From the NCBI GenBank assembly GCA_963827165.1, contig CAWGZR010000005.1, positions 480,001 to 544,000 on the forward strand: a DNA stretch of 64,000 bases, written 5' to 3'. This stretch comes from Candidatus Bathyarchaeota archaeon (GTDB lineage Archaea > Thermoproteota > Bathyarchaeia > Bathyarchaeales > Bathycorpusculaceae). Positions 8,937 through 19,354 of this stretch are shown one piece after another. A model generated the notes under the pieces. The model saw nothing but the letters and a program-made list of their open reading frames with translations. It was not told the DNA's origin and made no database searches. The stretch's first letter is position 1, and each line of letters starts with the position of its first letter. The translations under genes were made by a program, and so were the position numbers.

Positions 8937-9689
8937 ATGCTTGGGTCTATCGAAAAATACTTGCTCGAAAAAATAAAGGCTGAAGGCTCCATTCATCTAA
9001 CACTTATAGATCCAGAGAAAGTTACAGCCCAAGATGCTTCATGCATCGCAGAAAACTCCAAAAACAGTGGAACAGCTGCCATAATGATTGGAGGCTCAAC
9101 ATTTATCTCCCAAGCTCACCTCGACGACGTCGTCAAAGCAATCAAGACCCGCGTAAGCATTCCAACAATACTTTTCCCAAATAATGTGACTGGTATAAGT
9201 TGTCACGCAGACGCCATATGGTTCATGTCACTTCTAAACTCGGTTGACCCTTACTTTCTTATCGGCGCCCAAATCTTGGGAGCTCCGCTTGTTAAGAAAT
9301 ACGGTTTGGAACCTTTGTCCATGGGGTACATAATTGTTGGTGAAGGAGGAACAGCAGGTATCGTGGGAAAAGCAATATCTGTGCCCTACAACAAGCCGGA
9401 GCTTGCGGCGGCCCATGCGTTAGCCGGGCAATATCTCGGTATGCGTTTCATTTATCTTGAAGGCGGTTCAGGAGCGAAGAACCCAGTGCCTCCTGAGATG
9501 ATTCAGGCAGTCAAGCATGTGATTGAAATACCTCTCATCGTAGGCGGCGGGATCAAAACTAAAGAACAAGCAATAGCCGCTGCTTCTGCAGGCGCCGACA
9601 TCATAGTCACGGGCAACGTTACTGAGACAGCAGATTCTAAACAGAGAGTCGCTGAAATCATAGCGGCAATAAAAAACATCAAGGCTTAA
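8937..9689 (+). CDS. Geranylgeranylglyceryl phosphate synthase
   Basis: LTLIDPEK, IMIGGS, ILFPNN, YLEGGSGA, VGGGI, IVTGN. Confidence 0.93.
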   Translation: MLGSIEKYLLEKIKAEGSIHLTLIDPEKVTAQDASCIAENSKNSGTAAIMIGGSTFISQAHLDDVVKAIKTRVSIPTILFPNNVTGISCHADAIWFMSLLNSVDPYFLIGAQILGAPLVKKYGLEPLSMGYIIVGEGGTAGIVGKAISVPYNKPELAAAHALAGQYLGMRFIYLEGGSGAKNPVPPEMIQAVKHVIEIPLIVGGGIKTKEQAIAAASAGADIIVTGNVTETADSKQRVAEIIAAIKNIKA

Positions 9690-9780
9690 ACGTCTGCAGT
9701 TTGTTTTCTTGATTTTCTGGTTTGTTTTTAGAAAAGCAAAATAACCCATCAGGATATATCTTGCCGAGGGAAGCTGCACT

Positions 9781-12700
9781 TTGAACATTAGCAAGGGCTA
9801 TCGAAGCTACGTTGATGCAATGGAAAACGAGCTGAAGCACTTGTATTCAATAAGCGACAGCGCAAGATCCTTGGGATTAGATCCCGCCGTGAAAACGGAA
9901 TGCATCATCGCCCAAGACATCGCTGACCTAGTGGAAGGGCTAGTGGGACCCAAGCAAGTGGCGTTAAGCATCAGAGAATTAAGCACAAAGATGCAGCGTG
10001 AAGAAATAGCCTTCAAAGTGGCTGAAGAAATCGTCCAGGGCAAATTCGGCACAACGGACCCCGAGAAACTAGCTGAACAAGCGATTAGGACAGCCCTCGC
10101 AATCTTCACCGAAGGGTTGACCGCAGCGCCTATTCAAGGCATCGCCCAAGTGAAGATTAAAACCAACGCCGATCGCACCCGCTACCTTGCCATTTACTTC
10201 GCTGGCCCAATTCGTTCGGCAGGCGGAACCGACCAGGCGTTAACTTTGGTTGTAGGAGACTTCGTGAGACAACAGCTCGCGTTGGACAGGTATAAGCCCA
10301 CGGATGAAGAAATCTCCCGATTCACCGAGGAGCTTAGGCTGTATGAACGGTCAGTAGGCCGGTTCCAATATCACATTCCCGACGACGAGTTAAGAAAAGC
10401 CCTCAACTTGATTCCGGTTGAATGCACGGGCACCGAATCCGACCCGGTTGAAGTGTCTTCCTATCGGAATCTTCCGCGAGTTGAAACGAACAGGGTGAGA
10501 GGGGGCGCCTTGAGAGTTGTTAACGATGGAATAGTAGGGAGAGCCCAAAAAGTCTATGTAATTATCAACAAAGTAGGTCTTCAGGGTTGGGATTGGCTTA
10601 AAGAGTTTAAGAAGAAATCTGAGAAGAAGTCAGGCGGCTTCATGGATGATGTGATCGCTGGGCGACCTATCTTTGCTTTTCCTTCCCGTCGTGGTGGATT
10701 CAGACTTCGATATGGCAGGTCGCGGAACACGGGCTTGTCAGCCGTCGGCATTCATCCTGCGACGATGCTAGTGCTTGAAAACTTTTTGGCGGCGGGAACC
10801 CAGATGCGACTTGAGCTTCCTGGGAAAGGTTGCGTTACCTTACCTGTGGATTCAATTGAACCTCCAGTTGTCTTGCTCAAAGACAACTCGGTTGTCATGG
10901 TTACAATGAGCAATTTTTCCGATGTTAAGGGTAAAATCCAGAAAATCCTGTTCTTAGGCGACATTCTCATCAGTTTCGGAGACTTCCTTTACTCGAACAA
11001 GAGTCTTCCTCCATCAGGGTACGTTGAAGAATGGTGGACAAAAGATCTCCATAGCCAAATTAAAAGCAGGTTCACATCTGACATATCAAAAGCCGCTGAA
11101 GCCGCTCAAGTTTCCAGGGAAAAAATCAAAGGTTTTCTGGACGACCCATTCATAAACAAGCCGTCGGCTAAAGAAGCAATTCTTCTCAGCCTTAATCTAA
11201 ATGTTCCCTTGCATCCCAGTTTCACCTTCTTCTGGTCAAACTTAACCGCTCTTCAAGAAGTTGAAGCGCTAAGAAACTGGTTGGATTCCACTGAAACAGT
11301 TGTTACCCAAGGGATAATTTGTAGCATCGTCGGCGAGTTCAATCATGAAGTCGTGGCGATGTTGAGGAAGATTTTTGCTCCACACAAAATAGTTAACGGC
11401 AAAATCGTTCTGGAAGGAGAAAACGCTACGGCTCTGGCTTTCAGTCTCGGCTACGGGACCACGAGAACGGTCGATGTTTCTCAACCCATCTGCTTGGCGG
11501 AAGTGATCAGCAGGCTTGCTGGAGTGCAGGTTAAGGATAAGGCTCCAACCTACGTTGGCGGACGCATGGGACGACCTGAAAAAGCTAAGCGACGCGAGAT
11601 GAAACCTCTGGTCCACGTTCTTTTCCCCGTGAGTTTAGCCGGCGGCACGCACCGTGACCTTTTAGAGGCTGCAAAGCAGGACCACGTTTTTGTTGAAATG
11701 GTGAGGCGCAAGTGCCTCAACTGCAAAAGTTACACGCGAAGGATAAAATGCCCAAATTGCGGCGGCGAAACCGTAGAGGAGAAATGTTGCCCAAGATGTG
11801 GAAAACCATTGAAAGACAACCCTTGCCCAACCTGCAAGGCAGAACCGGTCGACTTCCAACGCCAATCAGTTAACTTCAGAGAGTTGGTTGATAGTGCCTG
11901 CAAATCGCTTGGCTATTCAGCTCCAAAACAGTTGCGTGGTGTCAAGGGTTTAACCAACCTTAACAAAACCCCTGAAATCATCGAGAAGGGTATTTTGCGA
12001 GCAAAATACGAGTTGTCCGTTTACAAGGACGGAACGATTCGTTTTGACGGCACAAACGCTCCGCTAACCCATTTTACTCCTGCAGAAGTTGGAGTTCCGG
12101 TTGAAAAAATAAAACAGTTAGGTTACGATTACGACACGCATGGTTTGCCACTGACAGATCCCAATCAGGTCTGTGAACTCAGGATCCAGGATGTTGTAAT
12201 CCCTTGGAAAGCGGGCGAATACTTCCTGCAGATCGCGGCTTTCATTGATGACTTATTGATCAGAGTCTACAAACTCCCCCCTTACTACAACGTAAAGAAG
12301 CCAGAGGATCTCGTCGGACAGCTCATTTTCGGTTTAGCTCCCCATACATGTGCATGCATTTTGGGGCGTGTCGTCGGATACACAGATCGAAACGTGATTT
12401 ATGCCCATCCAATCTGGCACTCAGCTAAACGCCGTGACTGCGACGGCGATGAAGACGCCATAATGCTTGCCCTTGACACGCTTCTGAATTTTTCCCGCGT
12501 CTACTTGCCCGCTCAAATAGGCGGAATCATGGATGCGCCGATACTCCTAATTCCGTTTGTCAACACCAAAGAGGTTCAAAGGCAAGCACACGACTTTGAC
12601 GTCGACCAAACTTATCCGGTAGAGTTCTACCTAAAAACTTGTGATAAAAGCGAAGCTGGACCCGTAAGCTCGATTATGGATGTCATTAGCCACAGACTTG

Positions 12701-13194
12701 GAACCGAAGCCCAGTACGAAGGTTTCCAGTACACGACACCAGTAACCAACATAAACATCGGCAATGCAAACAGCTCCTACAAAGAATTCAAGTCTATGGC
12801 AGACAAACTTAACAAGCAGCTGGAGCTTGGGGAAAGAATAGATGCTGTGGACGTTAAACGTGTAGCGCTAAAAGTTTTAACAACCCACCTCATCAGGGAC
12901 ATAGCGGGGAACTTGAGGGCTTTCTCAACCCAGTCATTTAGGTGCAAGTCATGCAACAAAAAGTTTCGCCGATTGCCGCTTAAAGGAAAATGCTCGTTCT
13001 GCGGCGGAAAACTCACTCTCACCGTTTACCAGGGGAACATTGAGAAATATTTGGTAGCTGCTCAGCAACTCGTTGATAAATACGGTTTACCTACCTACTA
13101 CACCCAGCGCATGGTTCTCATAAAAGAAGAAATAGCTTCCATGTTCGACAACAAAAAGCCTAAACAAGCCAAACTTTTCGATTTCGGTAGCTAA
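9781..13194 (+). CDS. polC: DNA polymerase D large subunit DP2 (no intein seen)
   Basis: YFAGPIRSAGGT, FRLRYGRSRNTG, GGRMGRPEKAK, catalytic KRRDCDGDED, Zn clusters. Confidence 0.98.
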   Translation: MNISKGYRSYVDAMENELKHLYSISDSARSLGLDPAVKTECIIAQDIADLVEGLVGPKQVALSIRELSTKMQREEIAFKVAEEIVQGKFGTTDPEKLAEQAIRTALAIFTEGLTAAPIQGIAQVKIKTNADRTRYLAIYFAGPIRSAGGTDQALTLVVGDFVRQQLALDRYKPTDEEISRFTEELRLYERSVGRFQYHIPDDELRKALNLIPVECTGTESDPVEVSSYRNLPRVETNRVRGGALRVVNDGIVGRAQKVYVIINKVGLQGWDWLKEFKKKSEKKSGGFMDDVIAGRPIFAFPSRRGGFRLRYGRSRNTGLSAVGIHPATMLVLENFLAAGTQMRLELPGKGCVTLPVDSIEPPVVLLKDNSVVMVTMSNFSDVKGKIQKILFLGDILISFGDFLYSNKSLPPSGYVEEWWTKDLHSQIKSRFTSDISKAAEAAQVSREKIKGFLDDPFINKPSAKEAILLSLNLNVPLHPSFTFFWSNLTALQEVEALRNWLDSTETVVTQGIICSIVGEFNHEVVAMLRKIFAPHKIVNGKIVLEGENATALAFSLGYGTTRTVDVSQPICLAEVISRLAGVQVKDKAPTYVGGRMGRPEKAKRREMKPLVHVLFPVSLAGGTHRDLLEAAKQDHVFVEMVRRKCLNCKSYTRRIKCPNCGGETVEEKCCPRCGKPLKDNPCPTCKAEPVDFQRQSVNFRELVDSACKSLGYSAPKQLRGVKGLTNLNKTPEIIEKGILRAKYELSVYKDGTIRFDGTNAPLTHFTPAEVGVPVEKIKQLGYDYDTHGLPLTDPNQVCELRIQDVVIPWKAGEYFLQIAAFIDDLLIRVYKLPPYYNVKKPEDLVGQLIFGLAPHTCACILGRVVGYTDRNVIYAHPIWHSAKRRDCDGDEDAIMLALDTLLNFSRVYLPAQIGGIMDAPILLIPFVNTKEVQRQAHDFDVDQTYPVEFYLKTCDKSEAGPVSSIMDVISHRLGTEAQYEGFQYTTPVTNINIGNANSSYKEFKSMADKLNKQLELGERIDAVDVKRVALKVLTTHLIRDIAGNLRAFSTQSFRCKSCNKKFRRLPLKGKCSFCGGKLTLTVYQGNIEKYLVAAQQLVDKYGLPTYYTQRMVLIKEEIASMFDNKKPKQAKLFDFGS

Positions 13195-13236
13195 AGCTTT
13201 TCAACCCAAACCGCTGAGTAATCTAACGGTGACTCT

Positions 13237-13488
13237 GTGCATCCCAACGCTTACCTAAAAAACGTGAGAAACGTGAAATGCGGCCTTAATGCAAGGAGCA
13301 AAATTATAGAAACTTTAGAGGCTAAGCCAAGCGATGCAGCAAGAATATCGAAGGCGGAAGCTCTTTCCTACAATGTCGTAATGCACCATCTTCGACTTCT
13401 TAAAAATGAAGGCATCGTTACTAGAAAAGGGCGAAGACCATATTACTGGTCAGCTACTGGTTTGGGGCAGAAACGCTTGCCGGGTTAG
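13237..13488 (+). CDS. ArsR-like winged-helix protein
   Basis: LSYNVVMHHLRLLKNEGIVTRKG. Confidence 0.75.
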   Translation: MHPNAYLKNVRNVKCGLNARSKIIETLEAKPSDAARISKAEALSYNVVMHHLRLLKNEGIVTRKGRRPYYWSATGLGQKRLPG

Positions 13489-13775
13489 AACGTGCATTGG
13501 CATGGTGACTGTTGACATTTTGGGCATTTGTGATTGTACTTGTTTATGGCTGCACGCTCAAGGTCGATTCCCATTATATTCGCGAGAGAAGCAAGCCATG
13601 CGATTACGTCTGCGAACTCTTTCTCGGTGGCTTCCCTGTCTGTTCCTTTTTTCAGCTCTTCCCCCAACTCCCCAACCTCGTCGACGAGCCAGTTAAAGGT
13701 ACCTTCTGCCCCGCGTTCAGAGTCTCTTTTGAAATACAGCTGACGCATCATCTGTTGGAATTCACTTATCTGCAT
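13485..13775 (-). CDS. MazG-like nucleotide pyrophosphohydrolase with C-terminal Cys cluster
   Basis: WLVDEVGELGEEL...EKEFADVIAWLASLAN, KCPKCQQSPCQC. Confidence 0.9.
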   Translation of the reverse strand: MQISEFQQMMRQLYFKRDSERGAEGTFNWLVDEVGELGEELKKGTDREATEKEFADVIAWLASLANIMGIDLERAAINKYNHKCPKCQQSPCQCTF

Positions 13776-13910
13776 AAACTCCACGGGTTTTAGAGGTTAA
13801 TCGAAGCGGAGTTTAAACATTTCTAACCCAAAGCGAAGCGAATGTTTTCAATCGGCAGCCTGCACAACATTAATTAATGTTTACGGTTACATGAGATGGC
13901 AGGGATAATC

Positions 13911-14084
13911 GTGAGTAGTAGAAGGAAAAAGAAAGATACTGGCCCAATGCCTGCAGCAAGCGCAGGGTTGCTCAGATTCTTCGAGGAAGAAACTGAAGGA
14001 ATAAAAATGAGGCCTGAGCTGCTTGTGATTTTCTCGGTTTCACTGATTGTCCTATCAGTGCTGGCTAAAGTGTTCTTTCCCTAA
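13911..14084 (+). CDS. secG: Preprotein translocase subunit Sec61beta/SecG
   Basis: PAASAGLLRFFEEETEGIKMRPE followed by one TM helix. Confidence 0.9.
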   Translation: MSSRRKKKDTGPMPAASAGLLRFFEEETEGIKMRPELLVIFSVSLIVLSVLAKVFFP

Positions 14085-14093
14085 ATGCTTACT

Positions 14094-14390
14094 TCACCGT
14101 CTCGGTGTGGTAGCGTGCAGAACTTCTATTCTTTGAACTGAATTTAGATGCAGAAAAATCTCGCTTCTTTCTTCTCGACTTGTAATCTGCGGAATAGGCT
14201 GTGCAATTGTTGATCTCAAGACGATGGCTTCCGCTTCGGAAAGCCAGATTCCTGAGGGGTCATGGGTGACCGCGGCTAAGGTGCCCTCGAAGCCGTACGC
14301 TGGGTCTATGATTACCCTGATTTTTTTGCCCACATTCCGCTCCAACATGTGAAATATCGAAGGGGGCAAGTCACGTTCTGACATGGCCAT
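14094..14390 (-). CDS. Sm/Lsm-fold protein
   Basis: LERNVGKKIRVII...FEGTLAAV...IWLSEA...EIFLHLNSVQRIEV matches the Sm1/Sm2 pattern. Confidence 0.65.
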   Translation of the reverse strand: MAMSERDLPPSIFHMLERNVGKKIRVIIDPAYGFEGTLAAVTHDPSGIWLSEAEAIVLRSTIAQPIPQITSREERSEIFLHLNSVQRIEVLHATTPRR

Positions 14391-14641
14391 CGCAAACTAA
14401 TATGTTAGTCAAGCTAAAGATAAAACAATTACCCCGTGACGTAATGTTCATTTTTTAGTTTTAGGAGTGGAAAGAACTGTTTTCCCCTTAAGCTTTGCCT
14501 GTTACATGGTCAAAACAACCGTTGACTCAGCAAACAATTGCCGAAAAAGTTTAATTCATGCACTAGTAGGATCGGCTCAAGTTGACTAAATTTTAATAAG
14601 GCTCATCGCTTCCATAAGAGACTCAACCCTGGGCTGATGAC

Positions 14642-16447
14642 ATGGAAGACAACAACTCGCTAAACCGTTCTATAGACGACGCAAAGAGACATTACTCATC
14701 GATGTTTGCCCTTCCATCGCTAAAAAAGACACTCGTAGCTGTTGCGGTTGTCTGCTTTGTTACTGGACTGTTGACTTACGCTGTTCCCTCTCAAGGTTTA
14801 ATTGGCGCCTTCCTTCTTGCTCTTTCGCTTTTTGCATTAACGGTTACTGCAGATTTGTTAGTGAGCAAACTCATTCTTAGTAAAGACCCGATTTTCTCTC
14901 TTCGGCGTATTGATGGTCTTTCGTTGGTTGGAATGGTGTTTTGGTTAATCTTCATACTGATTGGCGTCGCCTTGGGTTCCCAGTTCGGTTGGCAACTTTG
15001 GGAAAAGTTCGCCCTAATCGGTTTCGCCGCAATTGTTACCCTTCGAATCATTGTGTTTATGGCAACTTCCGAGGCGGATATGTGGCGGAAGGGATTATCC
15101 GTTTTGCTTCAGCCGGCGTTGTGCTTGGCTCCTTTCGTTGTCCTTTGGGTTTCAAGCGGTTTCTCACTTTTGCATGTTCTGCCCTTCATAGTTCTCTGTC
15201 CAATAGTCGCGATGCTGACAGCATTATTGTTCTTTTACCCAATTGAGCGTTTGGGCAGAGCATACTCCATTTCCTCAATTCCCCTCTTCAAAGCCTTCAT
15301 AGCCAACTGGGTAACCGGCGCCTACGCACCTCTTGAAAAATTCTTAGAAGATATGGGTAAAGACACTGATATCGAAGTTAACCTCCTAAAGTTTGAATCT
15401 TCCAACCCCAAAGCCGCCATTATAGTTCCATTCGTTCATCCTGGGCCATTCAAGAACATCGGCAGCAGCCTTTTGCCTTCAATGCTGAAGCATGACTTTC
15501 AGAAAGAATACAACTGCGAAGCTTGCACCCCCCTGGGTATTTTGGGGCATGAACGCGACTTGGCTTCACAAGCCCAGAATAGAAAAATCGTCTCTCAAGT
15601 GATATCTTCTGCAATGTTTAAGGCATCGGCTTATTTGGCGTCGCCTTTTGTGCGGGTTTCTCAAGGAGTTGCATCGGCTTCATCTCAAATCTTCGGGGAC
15701 ACGGTCTTTCTCAGTTTCACACTTGCTCCAGAAACAACGGAAGATCTTCCTCAAGACTTAGGCCGAATTGTGAGCGAAGAAGCGGCAAAATATGGGTTAA
15801 AACACGCTATAGTAGTTAATGCTCATAATAGCATCACAGACATTGTTGACGTTGAAGCGCATTTGGACTCCCTCCGGGCTGTGGCTTTAAAATGTCTTCA
15901 GGAAGCAACGGCACAGCCGACCAGCCAGTTCCAGGTAGGTGCCGCTAGCGTTTACCCCTCAGAATTCTCTTTAAAGTCAGGAATGGGAAGCGGAGGAATC
16001 ACCGCGATAGTCATTGAAGTGCAGAATCAGAAAACTGTTTATGTCGTAATTGACGGCAACAACATGGTTTCTGGTTTGCGAGAGAAGCTTCTTGCCGCTT
16101 TGGGCTCGGCTGGTTTTAATGAGAGCGAAATTCTTACGACGGACACCCACGCCGTAAGCGGAAATGAACCTGGGCGTCGAGGTTACCACCCTGTTGGGGA
16201 AACTATGGATCAGGAGCTACTGAAAAGTTTCATTGTTGAGGTCGCAAAGAAGGCAGAGAAAAACTTGGAGCCTTCAACTGCGGGCAGCGTGCAGTTCGTC
16301 GTTCCAAAAGTGAGAGCCATCGGGGAAGAGCGGTTGAAATCAATGACCACTCTTGTTCATCGCGCAATTCAAAAAGTCAAACAAACACTTGTTCCCATCT
16401 TCGGATTGGAAGGGCTAATCCTGATCTTGATTCTAATATTTCTATAA
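14642..16447 (+). CDS. DUF2070 family membrane protein
   Basis: N-terminal multi-TM region; VHPGPF..GSS, GHERD, NAHNS, DGNNM, TTDTH. Confidence 0.88.
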   Translation: MEDNNSLNRSIDDAKRHYSSMFALPSLKKTLVAVAVVCFVTGLLTYAVPSQGLIGAFLLALSLFALTVTADLLVSKLILSKDPIFSLRRIDGLSLVGMVFWLIFILIGVALGSQFGWQLWEKFALIGFAAIVTLRIIVFMATSEADMWRKGLSVLLQPALCLAPFVVLWVSSGFSLLHVLPFIVLCPIVAMLTALLFFYPIERLGRAYSISSIPLFKAFIANWVTGAYAPLEKFLEDMGKDTDIEVNLLKFESSNPKAAIIVPFVHPGPFKNIGSSLLPSMLKHDFQKEYNCEACTPLGILGHERDLASQAQNRKIVSQVISSAMFKASAYLASPFVRVSQGVASASSQIFGDTVFLSFTLAPETTEDLPQDLGRIVSEEAAKYGLKHAIVVNAHNSITDIVDVEAHLDSLRAVALKCLQEATAQPTSQFQVGAASVYPSEFSLKSGMGSGGITAIVIEVQNQKTVYVVIDGNNMVSGLREKLLAALGSAGFNESEILTTDTHAVSGNEPGRRGYHPVGETMDQELLKSFIVEVAKKAEKNLEPSTAGSVQFVVPKVRAIGEERLKSMTTLVHRAIQKVKQTLVPIFGLEGLILILILIFL

Positions 16448-16525
16448 TCAAAATTCTGCTTTTCATTGTGGCTAAAGGTTAATATTGCGTGTCCACTAGT
16501 CTTTTCTGCTGGAGTTTTCTCCAAA

Positions 16526-17860
16526 ATGTTTTATCCAAAAATTGTTGTTTCTCCACCTGGCCCAAAGGCTAGAGAGCTCGTTCAGAAGGATGAAGAGTTT
16601 GTTTCCCCATCTTACTTGCGGTATTACCCACTTTGTATTGACTCAGCCGACGATTGCATAGTTAAAGACGTCGATGGAAACGAGTACATCGACCTTAACG
16701 CGGGCATAGCCTGCATGAACGTTGGCCACTGTCATCCCCGCGTGGTAGACGCAATAAGAAACCAATCTAGCCGCTTCTTGCATTACTCGAATACAGACTT
16801 CTACTACAAAGAAGCAATCAACCTTGCAGAAAAACTTTCGGAAATCGCCCCTGGCGAATCGAAGAAGAAAACGTTTTTTGGCAACAGCGGCACCGAAGCC
16901 GTTGAAGCTGCAGTTAAACTTGCCAGGTGGCACACTCGAAAACCTCTGTTCATTGGTTTCATCGGCGGTTTCCACGGTCGAACGATGGGTTCGCTGGCGT
17001 TCACCGCCAGCAAAGCAGTGCAAAGACAATCTTTCTTCCCTATGATGCCTGGCGTAGCCCACGTTCCCTACCCATACTGCTACCGTTGCCCATTCAAGCT
17101 AACGCGCCCAAATTGCAACTATTGGTGCGCCGACTTTATAGAAGAGCAAGTGCTGCACAAGTATATGCCTCCAGAAGATGTGGCAGCGATTCTTTTTGAG
17201 CCCATCCAAGGAGAAGGTGGCTACGTGGTTCCTCCAACCGAGTTTTTCCAGAAACTCAAAAAAATCAGTGATGAATACGGGATTCTACTTATTGACGATG
17301 AGGTGCAGTCTGGTATTGGCAGAACGGGTAAGTGGTTTGCCATCGAACATTGGGGGGTCGAGCCTGACATTATCTGCTGTGCTAAGGCTTTAGCTTCTGG
17401 CTTACCCATTGGAGCAGCCGTCGCAAAGGCATCTATCATGGATTGGACGGCAGGTTCGCACGCAAGCACTTTCGGCGGAAACCCCGTAGCCTGCGCCGCA
17501 GCCCTTGCAGTGTTAGGTGTCATAAAAGATGAGCACTTGCTGGATAATGCTAACAGACAAGGCGATTACCTAAAAAAGCGGCTTGAAGACTTCGGAAAAA
17601 CCAATGGAATAGTTGGGGATGTACGCGGAAAAGGATTGATGGTCGGCGTGGAACTCGTTGAGGATAAGGAAACAAGAAAACCTGCACCGAAGAAAGCCAC
17701 CGAAGTCATGTTACGTTCATGGAAACGGGGAGTGGCAGTTGTCACCTGCGGGGTTTCAACTTTGAGAATAGCTCCACCCCTAACCATACAGACCGACCTT
17801 CTCGACCCGGCCCTGGCTATCATTGAGGATACAATCACCGAAGTGGCAAAAGAAAACTGA
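16526..17860 (+). CDS. Class III PLP aminotransferase (acetylornithine/4-aminobutyrate family)
   Basis: GNSGTEAVE, FHGRT, EPIQGEGG, DEVQSGIGRTG, AKALASG, STFGGNP. Confidence 0.93.
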   Translation: MFYPKIVVSPPGPKARELVQKDEEFVSPSYLRYYPLCIDSADDCIVKDVDGNEYIDLNAGIACMNVGHCHPRVVDAIRNQSSRFLHYSNTDFYYKEAINLAEKLSEIAPGESKKKTFFGNSGTEAVEAAVKLARWHTRKPLFIGFIGGFHGRTMGSLAFTASKAVQRQSFFPMMPGVAHVPYPYCYRCPFKLTRPNCNYWCADFIEEQVLHKYMPPEDVAAILFEPIQGEGGYVVPPTEFFQKLKKISDEYGILLIDDEVQSGIGRTGKWFAIEHWGVEPDIICCAKALASGLPIGAAVAKASIMDWTAGSHASTFGGNPVACAAALAVLGVIKDEHLLDNANRQGDYLKKRLEDFGKTNGIVGDVRGKGLMVGVELVEDKETRKPAPKKATEVMLRSWKRGVAVVTCGVSTLRIAPPLTIQTDLLDPALAIIEDTITEVAKEN

Positions 17861-17863
17861 TCC

Positions 17864-18415
17864 CTATCTGTTAACGTTTCTGACAGTTCTTCGAGGTTTT
17901 CTCTTAAGTTGTGTACCGCAGATCAGGCACTCTTTTGAGGTGCAGTTGGAGGGATACTCTTTGTGACAGGCTGGACAGTATCTTATCCACTCCAAAAGAC
18001 GTTTGATGCCGAAAGTGGCAAGCGCCAAGAATTCAATCCCCACCTGCGTCGCAACGTTCTGGATTGAATAGTCATCGGTGACGATTTGAGGAATAAACCC
18101 TTCAGCTTTGAACTCAAGCGCCAACGCTAAAAGTTCGGTGTCCGCCTTCGACAAAAGATGGGAGTCGCCGAGTTTAGTTGCAGAAATCTTTGTTTTATTC
18201 AGAAATTCTGTGCTTGGGGCTTTGACTTTGAGTCTGCCGCTTTCAATGGCTGCCCTAAACCGCGTGCAAATCATCGAGTTTCTTATGATTTCTTCTTCCA
18301 CGCTAGGAACAGTTACTTGGTCCTCGCTTGAAGCAAAGGGGTCAAAACCTGCCAAAAAAGCAGACGTATCAAGAACTACGATCCTTCTGCATTGATTTCC
18401 TGTTGGAGTTGTCAT
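17864..18415 (-). CDS. nob1: Nob1 rRNA-processing endonuclease (PIN + Zn ribbon)
   Basis: VLDTSAF, LSKADTELLALA, TDDYSIQNVA, CPAC...CLICG. Confidence 0.92.
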   Translation of the reverse strand: MTTPTGNQCRRIVVLDTSAFLAGFDPFASSEDQVTVPSVEEEIIRNSMICTRFRAAIESGRLKVKAPSTEFLNKTKISATKLGDSHLLSKADTELLALALEFKAEGFIPQIVTDDYSIQNVATQVGIEFLALATFGIKRLLEWIRYCPACHKEYPSNCTSKECLICGTQLKRKPRRTVRNVNR

Positions 18416-19266
18416 TGTGTTCCCTTAAACAGCAAGCGGCATCTTAACCGGTCATAAAAGTCGGCTTCAAACCTGATGAACGAGGTTACATTCTTCGATA
18501 CGGTGACTTTCAGCATTGGCTCCTCGCTGCCCACGACTTTACGGTATTTACCATCGATTGAGACCAACACTTCTTTGGGCTTGAAAACTTTGAATGTGGC
18601 GGTTGCCTCTGCGGGCAGAACAAGCGAGGGAAAAGCAGTTAACGGGCAGATGGGTGTAATAATAAAAGCGTTTGCCCCTGCATCCAAAACGGGTCCTCCC
18701 GCGGAAAGAGAATACCCCGTGGAGCCCGTTTGCGTCGCAATGATCAACCCGTCTGCTTGGCATTTGAGAATGGGTTTTCCATCCTTGCATATTTGACAGG
18801 AAAGAATACTCGATGGTTCGCCAGCCGAAATGACCACGTCGTTTAAAGCATCTGGAAAATGTTCATTCCCTGCAGCAACCGATAATTTCACGCATTTTTC
18901 CGTTTTGTATTCATCCTTCAAAATCTTATCCACTGCATCGCGTGCATTTTCAGGCTCCACCTCGGTTAAAAATCCTCTTTCACCCATGTTAACGGTCAAG
19001 ATCGGGGGCTCGGGTTTGGGAACTGTGATGCAGGTGCGCAATATTGTCCCGTCCCCGCCGATTGTTATTATGAAATCCGTTTGCATTTTTGAGAGAGAAA
19101 TCATCTCGGCATTCGCCGGCAGTTTGACCTTTCCCGCTAAAGTGTCTTCCAAATAAACTTTCAACCCTTTATTAGAAATATGCTCTGCAAGTTCCTCTGC
19201 AAGCTTTAAAGCTGCCTTCTTATCGTAGCGAGCAACCAGCCCCACAGTTGTGAACACTAAATCCAC
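18412..19266 (-). CDS. nadK: NAD(+) kinase
   Basis: GGDGTIL, GFLTE, LNDVV, DGLIIATQTGSTGYSLSAGGP. Confidence 0.94.
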   Translation of the reverse strand: MDLVFTTVGLVARYDKKAALKLAEELAEHISNKGLKVYLEDTLAGKVKLPANAEMISLSKMQTDFIITIGGDGTILRTCITVPKPEPPILTVNMGERGFLTEVEPENARDAVDKILKDEYKTEKCVKLSVAAGNEHFPDALNDVVISAGEPSSILSCQICKDGKPILKCQADGLIIATQTGSTGYSLSAGGPVLDAGANAFIITPICPLTAFPSLVLPAEATATFKVFKPKEVLVSIDGKYRKVVGSEEPMLKVTVSKNVTSFIRFEADFYDRLRCRLLFKGTQ

Positions 19267-19354
19267 GGCTCAGTAAAATAGCGTTCTCCACACTATGTAT
19301 TAAGCTTTTAAGATTACTCTTGCCGTTTCACCGCATTTCATTTTGCAGTTTTTG

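Noticed and set aside
9781-13194. Inteins in DP2 (also checked in MCM, RFC and Cdc6)
   Set aside because: Lengths are normal and catalytic motifs are contiguous.
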